From contig OY760937.1 in assembly GCA_963664225.1 (NCBI GenBank), positions 480,001-544,000 of the forward strand: a stretch of DNA of 64,000 nt, given 5' to 3'. Below, in pieces: positions 39,489 to 49,056 of the stretch. Below the pieces are notes generated by a model. The model worked only from the letters and a program-made list of their open reading frames with translations, ran no database searches and was not told where the DNA came from. Each line of letters begins with the position of its first letter. The first letter of the stretch is position 1. The stretch is from Verrucomicrobiia bacterium. Its GTDB lineage: Bacteria; Verrucomicrobiota; Verrucomicrobiia; Limisphaerales; UBA1319. The position numbers and the translations under genes are program-made.

Positions 39489-40523
39489 ATGGTGGAGGAG
39501 GGGGAAGAAATACGTACTGAGGTCGAGGAGGAGGAAGACGGCGGTGGCGCCGTTAAGTCCTTTCTCGATCATCTTGAAGATCTTCGATGGGTTCTCATCA
39601 AGTGTGGTGTTGCAGTACTTATTGGGATGATCGTTTGTCTGGCTGCGGGCAACACTTTGATGTCCATCTTGAAATGGCCATTGGAGCGAGCCGGTCACGT
39701 TACTGCCGGAACCAATCAATTCCTCAGGCTTCAGGTTGGCACTAATTTAATTGGCACATTCCGCATGGCGACCAATCGGTATGGTGATTTCGAATTCGGC
39801 ACCAATCAATTGGTTACATTCAAGATGGTGCCCATTGAAATAGGCACAAACCGGGTTCTGGCACTCGAGGCAATTCAAAACGCGCCTGGCGATATTCTTC
39901 CAAAAAATCCTGTTAACCTGCTGAATCTGAGCCCCGCAGGCGGATTCATGACGGCGTTTCAATTGGCGATTTACGGAGGTTTGGTGCTTGCCTCGCCTCT
40001 GGTCATCTTTTACCTGGCTCAGTTTCTCGTGCCAGCGCTCAAGAGGAAGGAAAAGAAGTATGTCCTTAGAGGATTTGGAATTGGAACCGCCTTGTTTTTG
40101 TCGGGCGTGAGTTTCGCTTATTTCGTTCTGATGCCACTGGCGTTAAGTGCCTCCCGGAAATACTCAGAGTGGCTCGGTATTGGCGCTGATCAATGGACGG
40201 CGGAGCAATTCATCAGTTTCACGTGTAAATTCATGCTGGGCATGGGATTGGGTTTTGAGATGCCCGTGATTTTGCTCGTATTTGTCAAACTGGGCATCCT
40301 TGATTACCAAAAATTGGCTGGATTCCGCCGCTACATGATCGTGGTCAACCTGGTCCTTGGCGCTGTTCTGACAACGCCCGAAATTCTGACCCAGGTCATG
40401 ATGGCCCTGCCGCTGCAAATACTATACGAGATCAGCGTATGGATTGCGTGGTATTGGGAACGGCGCGATAAGAAGCGTGCAGCCGCCCTTGAAGCCTCCG
40501 GTGGCGGACCCGATTCCGATTAA
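39489..40523 (+). CDS. tatC: Twin-arginine translocase TatC
   Basis: SFLDHLEDLR, PAL..KEK, FEMPV, TTPE..Q...ALPL.ILYE. Confidence 0.95.
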   Translation: MVEEGEEIRTEVEEEEDGGGAVKSFLDHLEDLRWVLIKCGVAVLIGMIVCLAAGNTLMSILKWPLERAGHVTAGTNQFLRLQVGTNLIGTFRMATNRYGDFEFGTNQLVTFKMVPIEIGTNRVLALEAIQNAPGDILPKNPVNLLNLSPAGGFMTAFQLAIYGGLVLASPLVIFYLAQFLVPALKRKEKKYVLRGFGIGTALFLSGVSFAYFVLMPLALSASRKYSEWLGIGADQWTAEQFISFTCKFMLGMGLGFEMPVILLVFVKLGILDYQKLAGFRRYMIVVNLVLGAVLTTPEILTQVMMALPLQILYEISVWIAWYWERRDKKRAAALEASGGGPDSD

Positions 40524-40773
40524 TCAATTTCGCTAACGCCCATGGTCCAAAGTGGATTATGGGCGTTATTCGTTGATTACAAGTGGTTTCTGTGGACTTT
40601 AACTTGGGTATTATCTTTAATTCCATCTTGCTTGTGATTTAGACAGGTTCGCATTCATCATCGCCTGGATTGGCCAATTTGGCTGTTTTCCCTCGACAGA
40701 GCGGGAGGCGGATTGTTAGCTTTTAATAAACCATAATAGGTGCTCCGAGGGTTGAGCTACGATTGGTTTTAAC

Positions 40774-41517
40774 ATGTTACCGACCGAAACGATGAATACC
40801 CGTTTAGCTGGGCACTCCAAATTGGGTGTTGTGGTGCCTCTGGCCAACGAGGAAAAGACCATCGAAGAATTCCTGAACCGGGTATTGGTTCACTTGTCGG
40901 AGTCAGATCGTGTTTATTGTGTTCTGGATAACATGTCCAGGGACCGGACCCGCAGCCTGATTGGCGAATATGCCGCGCGTGACCCTCGGGTGGTGCTGGT
41001 TTGGGCGCCGCAAAATCGCTGTGTGGTGGACGCCTACTTTGCCGGCTATCGGGCCGCCTTTGGCGAGGGCTGCGAGTGGATTTTGGAAATGGACGGCGGG
41101 TTCAGCCATCTCCCCGAGGAGATTCCGCTCTTTCTCGCAGGCATGGCGCAAGGTTGCGACTACGTGGGCGGCAGCCGATACATGACGGGCGGCTCCCACA
41201 AAAGCCCATGGACACGTGTCTTCATCAGCAAGGGAGGCACGATTCTTACCAACTTGTTGCTTGGAACCCGGATGATCGACATGACCAGCGGCTTCGAATG
41301 TTTCAGTCGAAAGGCGATGGCTCATGTTCTGGATCATGGGGTTACGAGCAAAGCGAATTTTTTTCAAACTGAGATTCGTTACATGATGCACCAGTTCAAA
41401 TGGATGGAAGTGCCCATCACCTATCGTAACGATAATTATCAAGTTGGACGGAGCAGCCTGAGGGAAGCTTTTCGGATTTTGTGGTCGTTGCATCGCGCTC
41501 GAGAGAAACAAAAATGA
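40774..41517 (+). CDS. GT2 glycosyltransferase (polyprenyl-phosphate sugar synthase-like)
   Basis: VVPLANEE, DNMSRDRT, EMDGGFSH.P, GSRY, DMTSGF. Confidence 0.88.
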   Translation: MLPTETMNTRLAGHSKLGVVVPLANEEKTIEEFLNRVLVHLSESDRVYCVLDNMSRDRTRSLIGEYAARDPRVVLVWAPQNRCVVDAYFAGYRAAFGEGCEWILEMDGGFSHLPEEIPLFLAGMAQGCDYVGGSRYMTGGSHKSPWTRVFISKGGTILTNLLLGTRMIDMTSGFECFSRKAMAHVLDHGVTSKANFFQTEIRYMMHQFKWMEVPITYRNDNYQVGRSSLREAFRILWSLHRAREKQK

Positions 41518-42545
41518 TGAATTCTCCAAAACTTTTTTCGGTTGTAACGACCATCCAGCCGCCAACGCCCTCCATGCGCAGTTTGGGCCGGACTTTGAGC
41601 CGGGTATCCGGCCAATTGCTGGTGGTGGGGGATCGAAAAGGGCCTCAGGAGTATCCACTTAAAGACGTTGAACTGTTTGCCCTCGACCGCCAGTTGGGCT
41701 TGCCGCTACGGCTGCCCCAATTGCTTCCGGTCAACCATTATACCCGCAAAAATATTGGCTATCTGGTGGCGTTCAGCCGGGGAGCGGAGTGCATTTATGA
41801 GACCGACGATGATAATTGTCCCTCGGTCGGCTGGAAACTCCGCACACGCACAGTCCAAGCCCGGACGGTCAAGCGTCCCCGCTGGTGTAATGTGTATCGC
41901 TACTTCAGCGACGAAATGATCTGGCCTCGCGGACTGCCCTTGGACCAAATCACTGCCGTCGCCGGAAAAAAGGTGACGAATAGCGGGCGTTTGAGTTCGG
42001 TGAACAGCCCGATTCAGCAGGGTTTGGCGGATGGCAGCCCGGATGTCGATGCCATCTGGAGGTTGGTGTTGGACAAGCCTTTCCGATTCAATACCGGGTC
42101 CAGTGTTGCGCTAATAAGCGGTGTATGGTGTCCGTTCAACAGTCAGAGCACTTGGTGGTGGCCGGAGGTTTTTCCACTGATGTATCTGCCCAGTTATTGC
42201 ACGTTTCGCATGACCGATATCTGGCGCAGTTTTGTGGCGCAACGGTGTTTATGGGCTTTGGGTGGAGTGGTGACCTTCCACGCTGCGGAGGCAACGCAGA
42301 AACGTAACGCACACAATCTGATGAAGGATTTTCAGGATGAGGTTCCCGGATACCTGGCCAATGATCGGATGGCTCGTTTGCTGGAGGAACAGACCTTGGA
42401 ATCGGGACCGGAGGCCGTAGGATCGAATCTGCTGCGGTGCTATGAAACGCTCGTTAAAAACGACGTCATGCCCCGCAAGGAATTGCCCCTGGTCAAGGCG
42501 TGGCTCGGCGATTTGGAGAAGATTGGGCGAGGGTTGACGCTATGA
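41514..42545 (+). CDS. STELLO/DUF288-family putative glycosyltransferase
   Basis: VVTTIQPPT, VVGDRKGP, RKNIGYL, IYETDDDN, WPRGLPL, IQQGLADGSPDVDAI, PFNSQST, FRMTDIWRS. Confidence 0.85.
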   Translation: MMNSPKLFSVVTTIQPPTPSMRSLGRTLSRVSGQLLVVGDRKGPQEYPLKDVELFALDRQLGLPLRLPQLLPVNHYTRKNIGYLVAFSRGAECIYETDDDNCPSVGWKLRTRTVQARTVKRPRWCNVYRYFSDEMIWPRGLPLDQITAVAGKKVTNSGRLSSVNSPIQQGLADGSPDVDAIWRLVLDKPFRFNTGSSVALISGVWCPFNSQSTWWWPEVFPLMYLPSYCTFRMTDIWRSFVAQRCLWALGGVVTFHAAEATQKRNAHNLMKDFQDEVPGYLANDRMARLLEEQTLESGPEAVGSNLLRCYETLVKNDVMPRKELPLVKAWLGDLEKIGRGLTL

Positions 42546-43192
42546 GCCGACCTGAAGGCGCAACATGGCGGATGGCCTGTCTGGTCGGACTGGTGGTCGT
42601 GGCAGTCATATTCCTGACGGTGGGTCGGGAGCCGTTGAATCATTTTCTGAACCAGCTCCGGCAATGGGGGGCGGTGCCTTTCTATGTCGTCTTTGCGTTG
42701 AGCATTTCGTTTGGAGTGCCGCCCACTCCGTTTCTTCTGGCAGCGGGAGGGGCTTTCGATTTCACCACCAATCTGATTGGCATTCCGATCTCTTATGCCT
42801 GCAGCCTGACCATTGCCTACGTCTATGCCCAACGCCTGTTCAAGAGGCAGTTGGAGCAATTTATAACCACGAAAGCACCGCATCTGGCTGGGTTGTTGCG
42901 GGAAAATCCCGTGGTAACCACGTTCCTGGTGCGGCTGACACCTGGTTTTCCCTATGTTTTGCAGAACTGCCTGCTGGTGACGACTTGCCGCTCCTTTTTG
43001 GTTTTCTTACTGCCGTCCCTGCCTCCATTGGTCTTTCTGGCGATGCTGTATGCTTCATTGAGCAAGAGTATGATGGCCGGAAAATATGGTCTGCTTGTGC
43101 TGCTGGTATGCGTTCTGGGCGCCGTAATATTGGCGTTCCGTCATTTCACGCGCCAACGAGCTTCAAGCGCAGCATTAGTTCCGCATCCGTAA
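42542..43192 (+). CDS. VTT/TVP38/DedA-family membrane protein
   Basis: P.TPFLLAAG..F, LVRLTPGFPY.LQN motifs; ATGA overlap with the upstream gene. Confidence 0.82.
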   Translation: MSRPEGATWRMACLVGLVVVAVIFLTVGREPLNHFLNQLRQWGAVPFYVVFALSISFGVPPTPFLLAAGGAFDFTTNLIGIPISYACSLTIAYVYAQRLFKRQLEQFITTKAPHLAGLLRENPVVTTFLVRLTPGFPYVLQNCLLVTTCRSFLVFLLPSLPPLVFLAMLYASLSKSMMAGKYGLLVLLVCVLGAVILAFRHFTRQRASSAALVPHP

Positions 43193-43260
43193 TGTGAGTT
43201 CACTTGCTCTTTGTCCCCGATTGATGGTTGACGCTTGGCAAGGCCGCGCCTGGCTATTCG

Positions 43261-44439
43261 CTATTTCTTAAGCAGGCTAACAGGCAGAAGGCGGGAAAGT
43301 ATTCCCAAAGGGATATGATCTGTCAGGTAAAATGGCCGACGTTCAAGTGTCCGTCGCGAAATACGCGGTAACGCCTCGATTTTTTCGATAAAGGAGCGGT
43401 ATGCGTTTTGATAAGAATCGGGAGTGTGCGTTGTGACGGCTTCGCGGCATCTCGTGCGCCATGAATCCAATTGCGCTGCAGGCATTTGAGTAATATTTAT
43501 GATGGTCTGCGCGGCGGCTGCCAGATCGGCTGGACTGTAAACCAAGCTCGGATCCACACGCCTGGTATAAGACACGCCATCGCTATTGATTCCAGGAAAC
43601 AGGGGTATGACACCACAACTCAAGCCTTCCAGCAGGCTGATTGATATCGCTTCCGAATCGCTGGTGTTGATCTGAACATCCCATTTACCAAGGATTTGCC
43701 AATAAGCGTCCCCACTCCTGGCTCCATGAAAAATCACTCTATTATCGTTGCGAAATTGATTTTTTAGCCAGGGGCCATCGTGCCCGTCTCCCAAAAGCTC
43801 CAGCCGGAATTCGGCGCCTGATTCGGTCAGGCATTGGACCAATTCTGGCAAACGATCGATGCGTTTGATGTCTTTGACGAGCCGACCACTGTAACCAATG
43901 ATTATTGGGCGATTCTTCAGTGGACTATGTGAAAAATCCATGATCGGCGGGTTGATCGGCAGGGGCACGATGCAAATGCGTTCGGATGCGAGTTCCGGCA
44001 GGCACTTGGCGGCCAGATCGGCCAGGGGTTGGCTGTTTGCGATAATGCCATCCAGTAACCCAATCTGCGCCTTAAGTGTGGCTTCCATGTCCGGCGGAAT
44101 GCCATGCAGATAACCCAGACGCCGGTGTGAGCCGTCCAGGTTCTCAAACAAAGGCAGCCCCCAGCAATTATGGTAAATCGCGATTCCACTGGGGCCGCGC
44201 CGAAATACCTTGCCGACAGCCTGGCGCATTTGTCTGATGGTCGTCCACTTGCTCCATCCCATCGCATCGACACAGCCGGGAGCGGGGTCGTGGTCCTCAA
44301 AAAAACTGATATAACGGTCCTCTAATTCAGAATCCCCATCATGGGTCAGATGGTGCTTTAACACCGATTGCATTCCCCCCAGACTGCGAAGATAGGTCGT
44401 TAAATGGGTAACCCGGAGTTTGGAACTGGAGGGAAACAT
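43261..44439 (-). CDS. Glycosyltransferase family 4
   Basis: GGMQSV, GYSGRL...KR, SDSEAISISLLEGLSCG. Confidence 0.88.
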   Translation of the reverse strand: MFPSSSKLRVTHLTTYLRSLGGMQSVLKHHLTHDGDSELEDRYISFFEDHDPAPGCVDAMGWSKWTTIRQMRQAVGKVFRRGPSGIAIYHNCWGLPLFENLDGSHRRLGYLHGIPPDMEATLKAQIGLLDGIIANSQPLADLAAKCLPELASERICIVPLPINPPIMDFSHSPLKNRPIIIGYSGRLVKDIKRIDRLPELVQCLTESGAEFRLELLGDGHDGPWLKNQFRNDNRVIFHGARSGDAYWQILGKWDVQINTSDSEAISISLLEGLSCGVIPLFPGINSDGVSYTRRVDPSLVYSPADLAAAAQTIINITQMPAAQLDSWRTRCREAVTTHTPDSYQNAYRSFIEKIEALPRISRRTLERRPFYLTDHIPLGILSRLLPVSLLKK

Positions 44440-44530
44440 GAAGAGATTAATGATTTTCCATGTCGATCATGACAAAAATTCCAAGTTCTAAAGCCCAATG
44501 TGGTTTTTTCGGTGAGATTAGAGGTGCCTT

Positions 44531-45289
44531 TCAATTCACACGCTGGTAAACAATTGTTAACTCTTTTCGAAGGCTCCCGGGAAGAAGAGGTGTGATTGCA
44601 TGGAGAAAACGGCTTGAAAGCGATTGGGAAGAGCAATAATGGCCAGAAATGATTTGCACGGCTTGTAGCCCGGCATTTTCGCCGGCTTTGACTAACTCAG
44701 GGGCTGTATATTCCCGGAAGTGGCCTGGATTAGACCGGGTCTCCCTGATCATTTCGAAGGGATTTCGTCCGAGAAGCAACCGCAACCGTTGCTGAAGAGC
44801 CACAGCGTTCGGTGTGGTGACAATTAAAAATCCATTTGGAGCAAGCAATGAGCGAAGACAACGAAGAACCTGAACGGGCGCGGTATAAAGATGTTCGATC
44901 ACTTCGGCCATGACGATAACATTATAGCCCTGAGCGACTTTGGGCCATTTTTCAGGGTAATAGGAATCGTTGAGTTCAAACTCAATATGTTTTCGATTAT
45001 TCCCCAAAGAAAAACGTTCATCCTGCCAACCCAGGGTGTTGACCTCGTATTCAGGCCAAAGACGGTCGAAGAGGAGGGTTTGAAAAGAAAGACCGATATC
45101 GAGAAGGCGCAACGGGTCTTTTGTTTGCGCCAAACCGCAAAACTTTTCCACAACGGCAGTCAGCTTTTCATAGCGTGTTCGGTGGTAATTGAAATAGGTT
45201 AGCATCTCCGGTCCAAGCCGGGTTGAATACTTTTCCAAATCCAACCACACATCATTCGATTTTTTCGGATCAATGAAATTCGCATTCAT
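44531..45289 (-). CDS. Class I SAM-dependent methyltransferase
   Basis: LLDIG, EVIEHL, L.PNG.LIVTTPN, HFREYT. Confidence 0.88.
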   Translation of the reverse strand: MNANFIDPKKSNDVWLDLEKYSTRLGPEMLTYFNYHRTRYEKLTAVVEKFCGLAQTKDPLRLLDIGLSFQTLLFDRLWPEYEVNTLGWQDERFSLGNNRKHIEFELNDSYYPEKWPKVAQGYNVIVMAEVIEHLYTAPVQVLRCLRSLLAPNGFLIVTTPNAVALQQRLRLLLGRNPFEMIRETRSNPGHFREYTAPELVKAGENAGLQAVQIISGHYCSSQSLSSRFLHAITPLLPGSLRKELTIVYQRVN

Positions 45290-45546
45290 ATAAATAAGTC
45301 AACGTGGCCTTTTGACTGTCTAACAAACCAACAACAAGATGTATCGTAATGTCCAAAGCTTTGGTGTCAAACGATTCCCAAAATCTGGAGGTTGGAGCGA
45401 GAGGACTAGAATCATTTGAAAAGGAGATTGCCGTTCCTTTTCGGGTTCGTTAGTTTCCTTCACGGTTGCGGCCTAACCCGCCGTTGGAATCAGGAGGATT
45501 GAATCCATCCTGAATTGATGTTTGGAGTGGTTCGCAATCAAAGAAA

Positions 45547-47043
45547 ATGACATCTGATGCCGCAAAATTAACCCAATTGATTTGGCTGGGAGCCGCGTTT
45601 ATCGCCGTTGGCCTGCTGGGCTTCTTCCTGGCCACGGATGCCTATTTCGCGTTTTTCGTCACATTGGCGCTATTGTTGTTAGGCTCTTTGCCCTATCACT
45701 CGACACTGGCCGTCTATTTGTCCGTGGCCACCTTCAGTTCGGCCATCATCATTCCATTCGCGCCCGGCCGACCTTTTTTGTGGGAATTTGCCGCGTTGCT
45801 CGGATGGTCCGGTCTGTTGGTGACCGTGGCCATGCGCCGTTACCAGAAGGATTTCGGCAACTCCATTCGAGAGAATAGGTGGCTCTTCATCGGGATGTTG
45901 GGCTATATAGCTGTGCTTATATTCACCATGCAAATGAAAGGCTTTGGTCTCCGTATTTTTGGAGGGGGCCAAATGGGCGGACGCGTTTATTTTCAACAAT
46001 TCATTTGCGCCATTTTTCCGATAATATTTGCGATGATCCGGCCGGGTGAGAAAGCGATGGTTCGACTCGTCGTGCTGCAATATATCCTGTCCTTTACTTA
46101 TTTGTTGGCTGAATTTGCATATATGTATTCGCCTCGTGAACTCCAATTCATCTTTCAGTTTTTGGATGTTACCGGAGATTCGATATTCTTTGAAAGACAG
46201 GTAGCCGGCTTTGGTTTTCAGCGCATGGCCTCCATGTTGTATGTCGGCTATGGTATGACACTGCTTTTGATGGTCTATAACAAGCTAGACGACTTTTTGA
46301 CCATTCGTGGAATTTACCTGATTCCTTTGGCCGTCGGGCTCATGGCTGCTGGCATGTTTGGAGGTCATCGCATTCTGCCGATTCTTGTTGTTATGGTTGT
46401 TGTTGTTACCGGCTATGCTCAGCGCTTTTTCACATCTCGAAATCTGCTGGTCACCGGTTTGGCGTTTTTCATGGGATTGGTTTTTGTTTATCTTTTTATC
46501 GATCAAATGCCGCTAGCCATGCAGCGCGCTGTGTCCATCCTGCCTGGCATCGACGTCCAGCAGGCTGCCTATGACGACGCTTCCGGAACCATGACCACCC
46601 GAATCATTTTGCGTAAGATCGGTTGGGAAATGATCCCGGAATATTTCTGGATCGGGCGTGGTTTCTCGTTTTCCTCAGCCGATAATCTGATCATGCTTTC
46701 CGATCCAACCGGGATCGAAATGCATTTGGCTCAAGGGCGCTTTTATAACGGCTTTATCGGGTTGATGGTGAATACCGGTGTTTTCGGAACACTTTTCATG
46801 CTGATTTTGATGACGGGCGGCACGATACTGGCATGGCGCATCATTAAACGCATTCGGATTCTGGGTAATGAAGATATTTTCCTGCGTCTCAGCGGTGTGC
46901 TAGCCGCTGTGTGGATGGCCAACATGGTCACCTTTTTTTTAATTCATGGTGATAGCGAATTCGCCATGAAATCCTTTTGCTTCCAGAGCGGTATGCTGAT
47001 CGTGTGCGATTACCATTTAAAAATGCGGATGCTCAAGGCGTAG
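45547..47043 (+). CDS. O-antigen ligase/Wzy-like polytopic membrane protein
   Basis: About 12 hydrophobic segments, GHR, periplasmic loop with R..WIGRG..YNG....VNTGVFG. Confidence 0.72.
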   Translation: MTSDAAKLTQLIWLGAAFIAVGLLGFFLATDAYFAFFVTLALLLLGSLPYHSTLAVYLSVATFSSAIIIPFAPGRPFLWEFAALLGWSGLLVTVAMRRYQKDFGNSIRENRWLFIGMLGYIAVLIFTMQMKGFGLRIFGGGQMGGRVYFQQFICAIFPIIFAMIRPGEKAMVRLVVLQYILSFTYLLAEFAYMYSPRELQFIFQFLDVTGDSIFFERQVAGFGFQRMASMLYVGYGMTLLLMVYNKLDDFLTIRGIYLIPLAVGLMAAGMFGGHRILPILVVMVVVVTGYAQRFFTSRNLLVTGLAFFMGLVFVYLFIDQMPLAMQRAVSILPGIDVQQAAYDDASGTMTTRIILRKIGWEMIPEYFWIGRGFSFSSADNLIMLSDPTGIEMHLAQGRFYNGFIGLMVNTGVFGTLFMLILMTGGTILAWRIIKRIRILGNEDIFLRLSGVLAAVWMANMVTFFLIHGDSEFAMKSFCFQSGMLIVCDYHLKMRMLKA

Positions 47044-47049
47044 CGGCGC

Positions 47050-48198
47050 ATGAAGATTCTGCACCTGACGGGCGAGGTCGAGGATACGGGTGGGGTTTTA
47101 ACCATAATTCGCAACATCCAGCAGGCCAGTCAAAGTTGGGATTGGCAGCACACTCTGTGGGTTTGTAGAAAATTTCATCAGCTTCGTAAGCCCTTTTTGG
47201 AATTGCGTCAAAGCCGGTTTGCCAGGGCGGATTCTCCCAACCATCTAAAGTTGCTGGCTAATGCCATTCCCGCAGTGTTTGAACTCAACGCGTTGTTGCG
47301 CCGGGAGTCTTTCGACATCCTCCATGCTCATACCCGTGGCGCCTTATTGGCTGGCCTTGCACTGGCTGCGATCTGGAAAAAGCAGGTCGTATTCACAAAT
47401 CACAATTACCCTCGCCGCCTTGGGCTTTATCAATGGGCCGCCGCGCATCGGAACTTCCACACCACTTTTCTGACCCGCCATTTGGCCGATACCATGGGGA
47501 TAGGTCTTTGCCCCCCAAAGACCTCTGTCGTGCATTCCTGCTGCGCCGACACCGTGTTTGAAGAACCTCTTGCAAGGTTTTCGCCCTCGAATGGCATTGG
47601 AACACTACGCCTGACCGGACTTGGTTCTCTTGTTCGCTGGAAAGGCTGGCACCTGGTCGTTCAAGCCATGGCCTTGCTGCCCAGTGATGACCGTTCCCGG
47701 ATTCGTTTCAGTCTGTATGGGCCGACTTTTGACACTGCGGAATCCAAGGCTTATGAGGCTGAGTTGAAAAGCATGGTGCGGGACGCCGGGCTGGATGCGC
47801 AGTTTGTTTTTTGCGGGCCGACATTGGATGTTTCACAAGTGCTGCGTGAAACCGATTTTCTGCTTCATCCAACCCCAAAAGAGCCATTTGGCGTCGTTCT
47901 TGTCGAAGCAATGGCCTTGGGAATTCCGGTTCTCGCTTCAAACGAAGGTGGTCCTGCCGAGATCGTCCAGCACGGTGAAAACGGACTATTGTTCAAATCG
48001 GGAGATGTTTTGGGAATCGCGGAAATACTTTCCCAAGTCCTGCACGGTCGATTTAGCCTACGCCCCCCGGAATGGATTCGCGATTCGGTTCGTCGTTTTT
48101 CCGCCACCGAGGTTGCTCGCGCATACGGCTTGGTTTACGAGGACGTTTTAAAAGGCCGCGTAAACGCCCTGCCGCGGATGCCGTCCCAGAGCAGGTAG
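47050..48198 (+). CDS. Glycosyltransferase family 4
   Basis: DILHAH, WKG, EPFGVVLVEAMALG.PV..GGPAEIV. Confidence 0.92.
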   Translation: MKILHLTGEVEDTGGVLTIIRNIQQASQSWDWQHTLWVCRKFHQLRKPFLELRQSRFARADSPNHLKLLANAIPAVFELNALLRRESFDILHAHTRGALLAGLALAAIWKKQVVFTNHNYPRRLGLYQWAAAHRNFHTTFLTRHLADTMGIGLCPPKTSVVHSCCADTVFEEPLARFSPSNGIGTLRLTGLGSLVRWKGWHLVVQAMALLPSDDRSRIRFSLYGPTFDTAESKAYEAELKSMVRDAGLDAQFVFCGPTLDVSQVLRETDFLLHPTPKEPFGVVLVEAMALGIPVLASNEGGPAEIVQHGENGLLFKSGDVLGIAEILSQVLHGRFSLRPPEWIRDSVRRFSATEVARAYGLVYEDVLKGRVNALPRMPSQSR

Positions 48199-48944
48199 AA
48201 CAGGTAGAGCGAATTGAATTTGATGTAGCGTTGCGCCAGACGCCGGGGTTCGGAGCATAACCTGTAAATCCAGGTCAGCCCCTTTTTTTGCATCCAGTCC
48301 GGCGCGTCTTTTTTCGTTCCCGCGTTCACATCGAGAGCAAACCCCACGGAAAGAATCACACCCCGGCGGATTCGCCTGGCGTAATGGTGGAGCCATAATT
48401 CCTGTTTGGGCGCGCCGAAGCACGACCAGATGATGTCTGGCGCCAGGCGGTTTATTTCCTCCAGAAAACGTCCCTCCTCGTCAGGGGGTAACTGACCGTC
48501 CGCCTGGCAGCGGCCATGAAACGAACCCACAACTCTTTGTGTGGGATTCCATGAGTGAATGACTTCACGCAGTTTTGTCCCGCTTTCCGATGTGCCGCCT
48601 GCCAGGTAATGGGTGAACGGTTCCGGGGCGTTCTGGATGAAATAGCGCATGAAAGTCGGGCCATAAACCCGATCACGCATTCCCGCACCTTGGAAATTAA
48701 GCATCCAGATCAATGGCATTCCATCTGGAATAAAATAACTGAAATCGTCGGTCATTCTGCGAAATTCGGGATCATGGCGGCGCAGGGCGACGATGTGAGT
48801 ATTCGCAAATTCCACCGATGTGGACCGCGGCTCATGGGTCATCGCGGCGCAGCGGTTTGTCCAATCGGCATAAGTCGTGATCTGCAATGGAGTGCCCAGA
48901 AGATACCGGTCGGAGGCGCGGGGCTGAGTGGCGGCTGCATTCAT
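48135..48944 (-). CDS. WecB/TagA/CpsF (GT26) glycosyltransferase
   Basis: PDGMPL.W, RVYGP, GAPKQELW, AP.WMQ..GL.W.YRL..EPRRL..RY. Confidence 0.93.
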   Translation of the reverse strand: MNAAATQPRASDRYLLGTPLQITTYADWTNRCAAMTHEPRSTSVEFANTHIVALRRHDPEFRRMTDDFSYFIPDGMPLIWMLNFQGAGMRDRVYGPTFMRYFIQNAPEPFTHYLAGGTSESGTKLREVIHSWNPTQRVVGSFHGRCQADGQLPPDEEGRFLEEINRLAPDIIWSCFGAPKQELWLHHYARRIRRGVILSVGFALDVNAGTKKDAPDWMQKKGLTWIYRLCSEPRRLAQRYIKFNSLYLFYLLWDGIRGRAFTRPFKTSS

Positions 48945-49056
48945 TCAGATTTGCTCTCAAAAGTATTTTCCGGGAAAATCGATCGGGTTTTATTTCGGCG
49001 ATCTCGAATCACAGACAGAAATCATGGTTTTTCTGGTGGGGGATGATCAAGAACGA

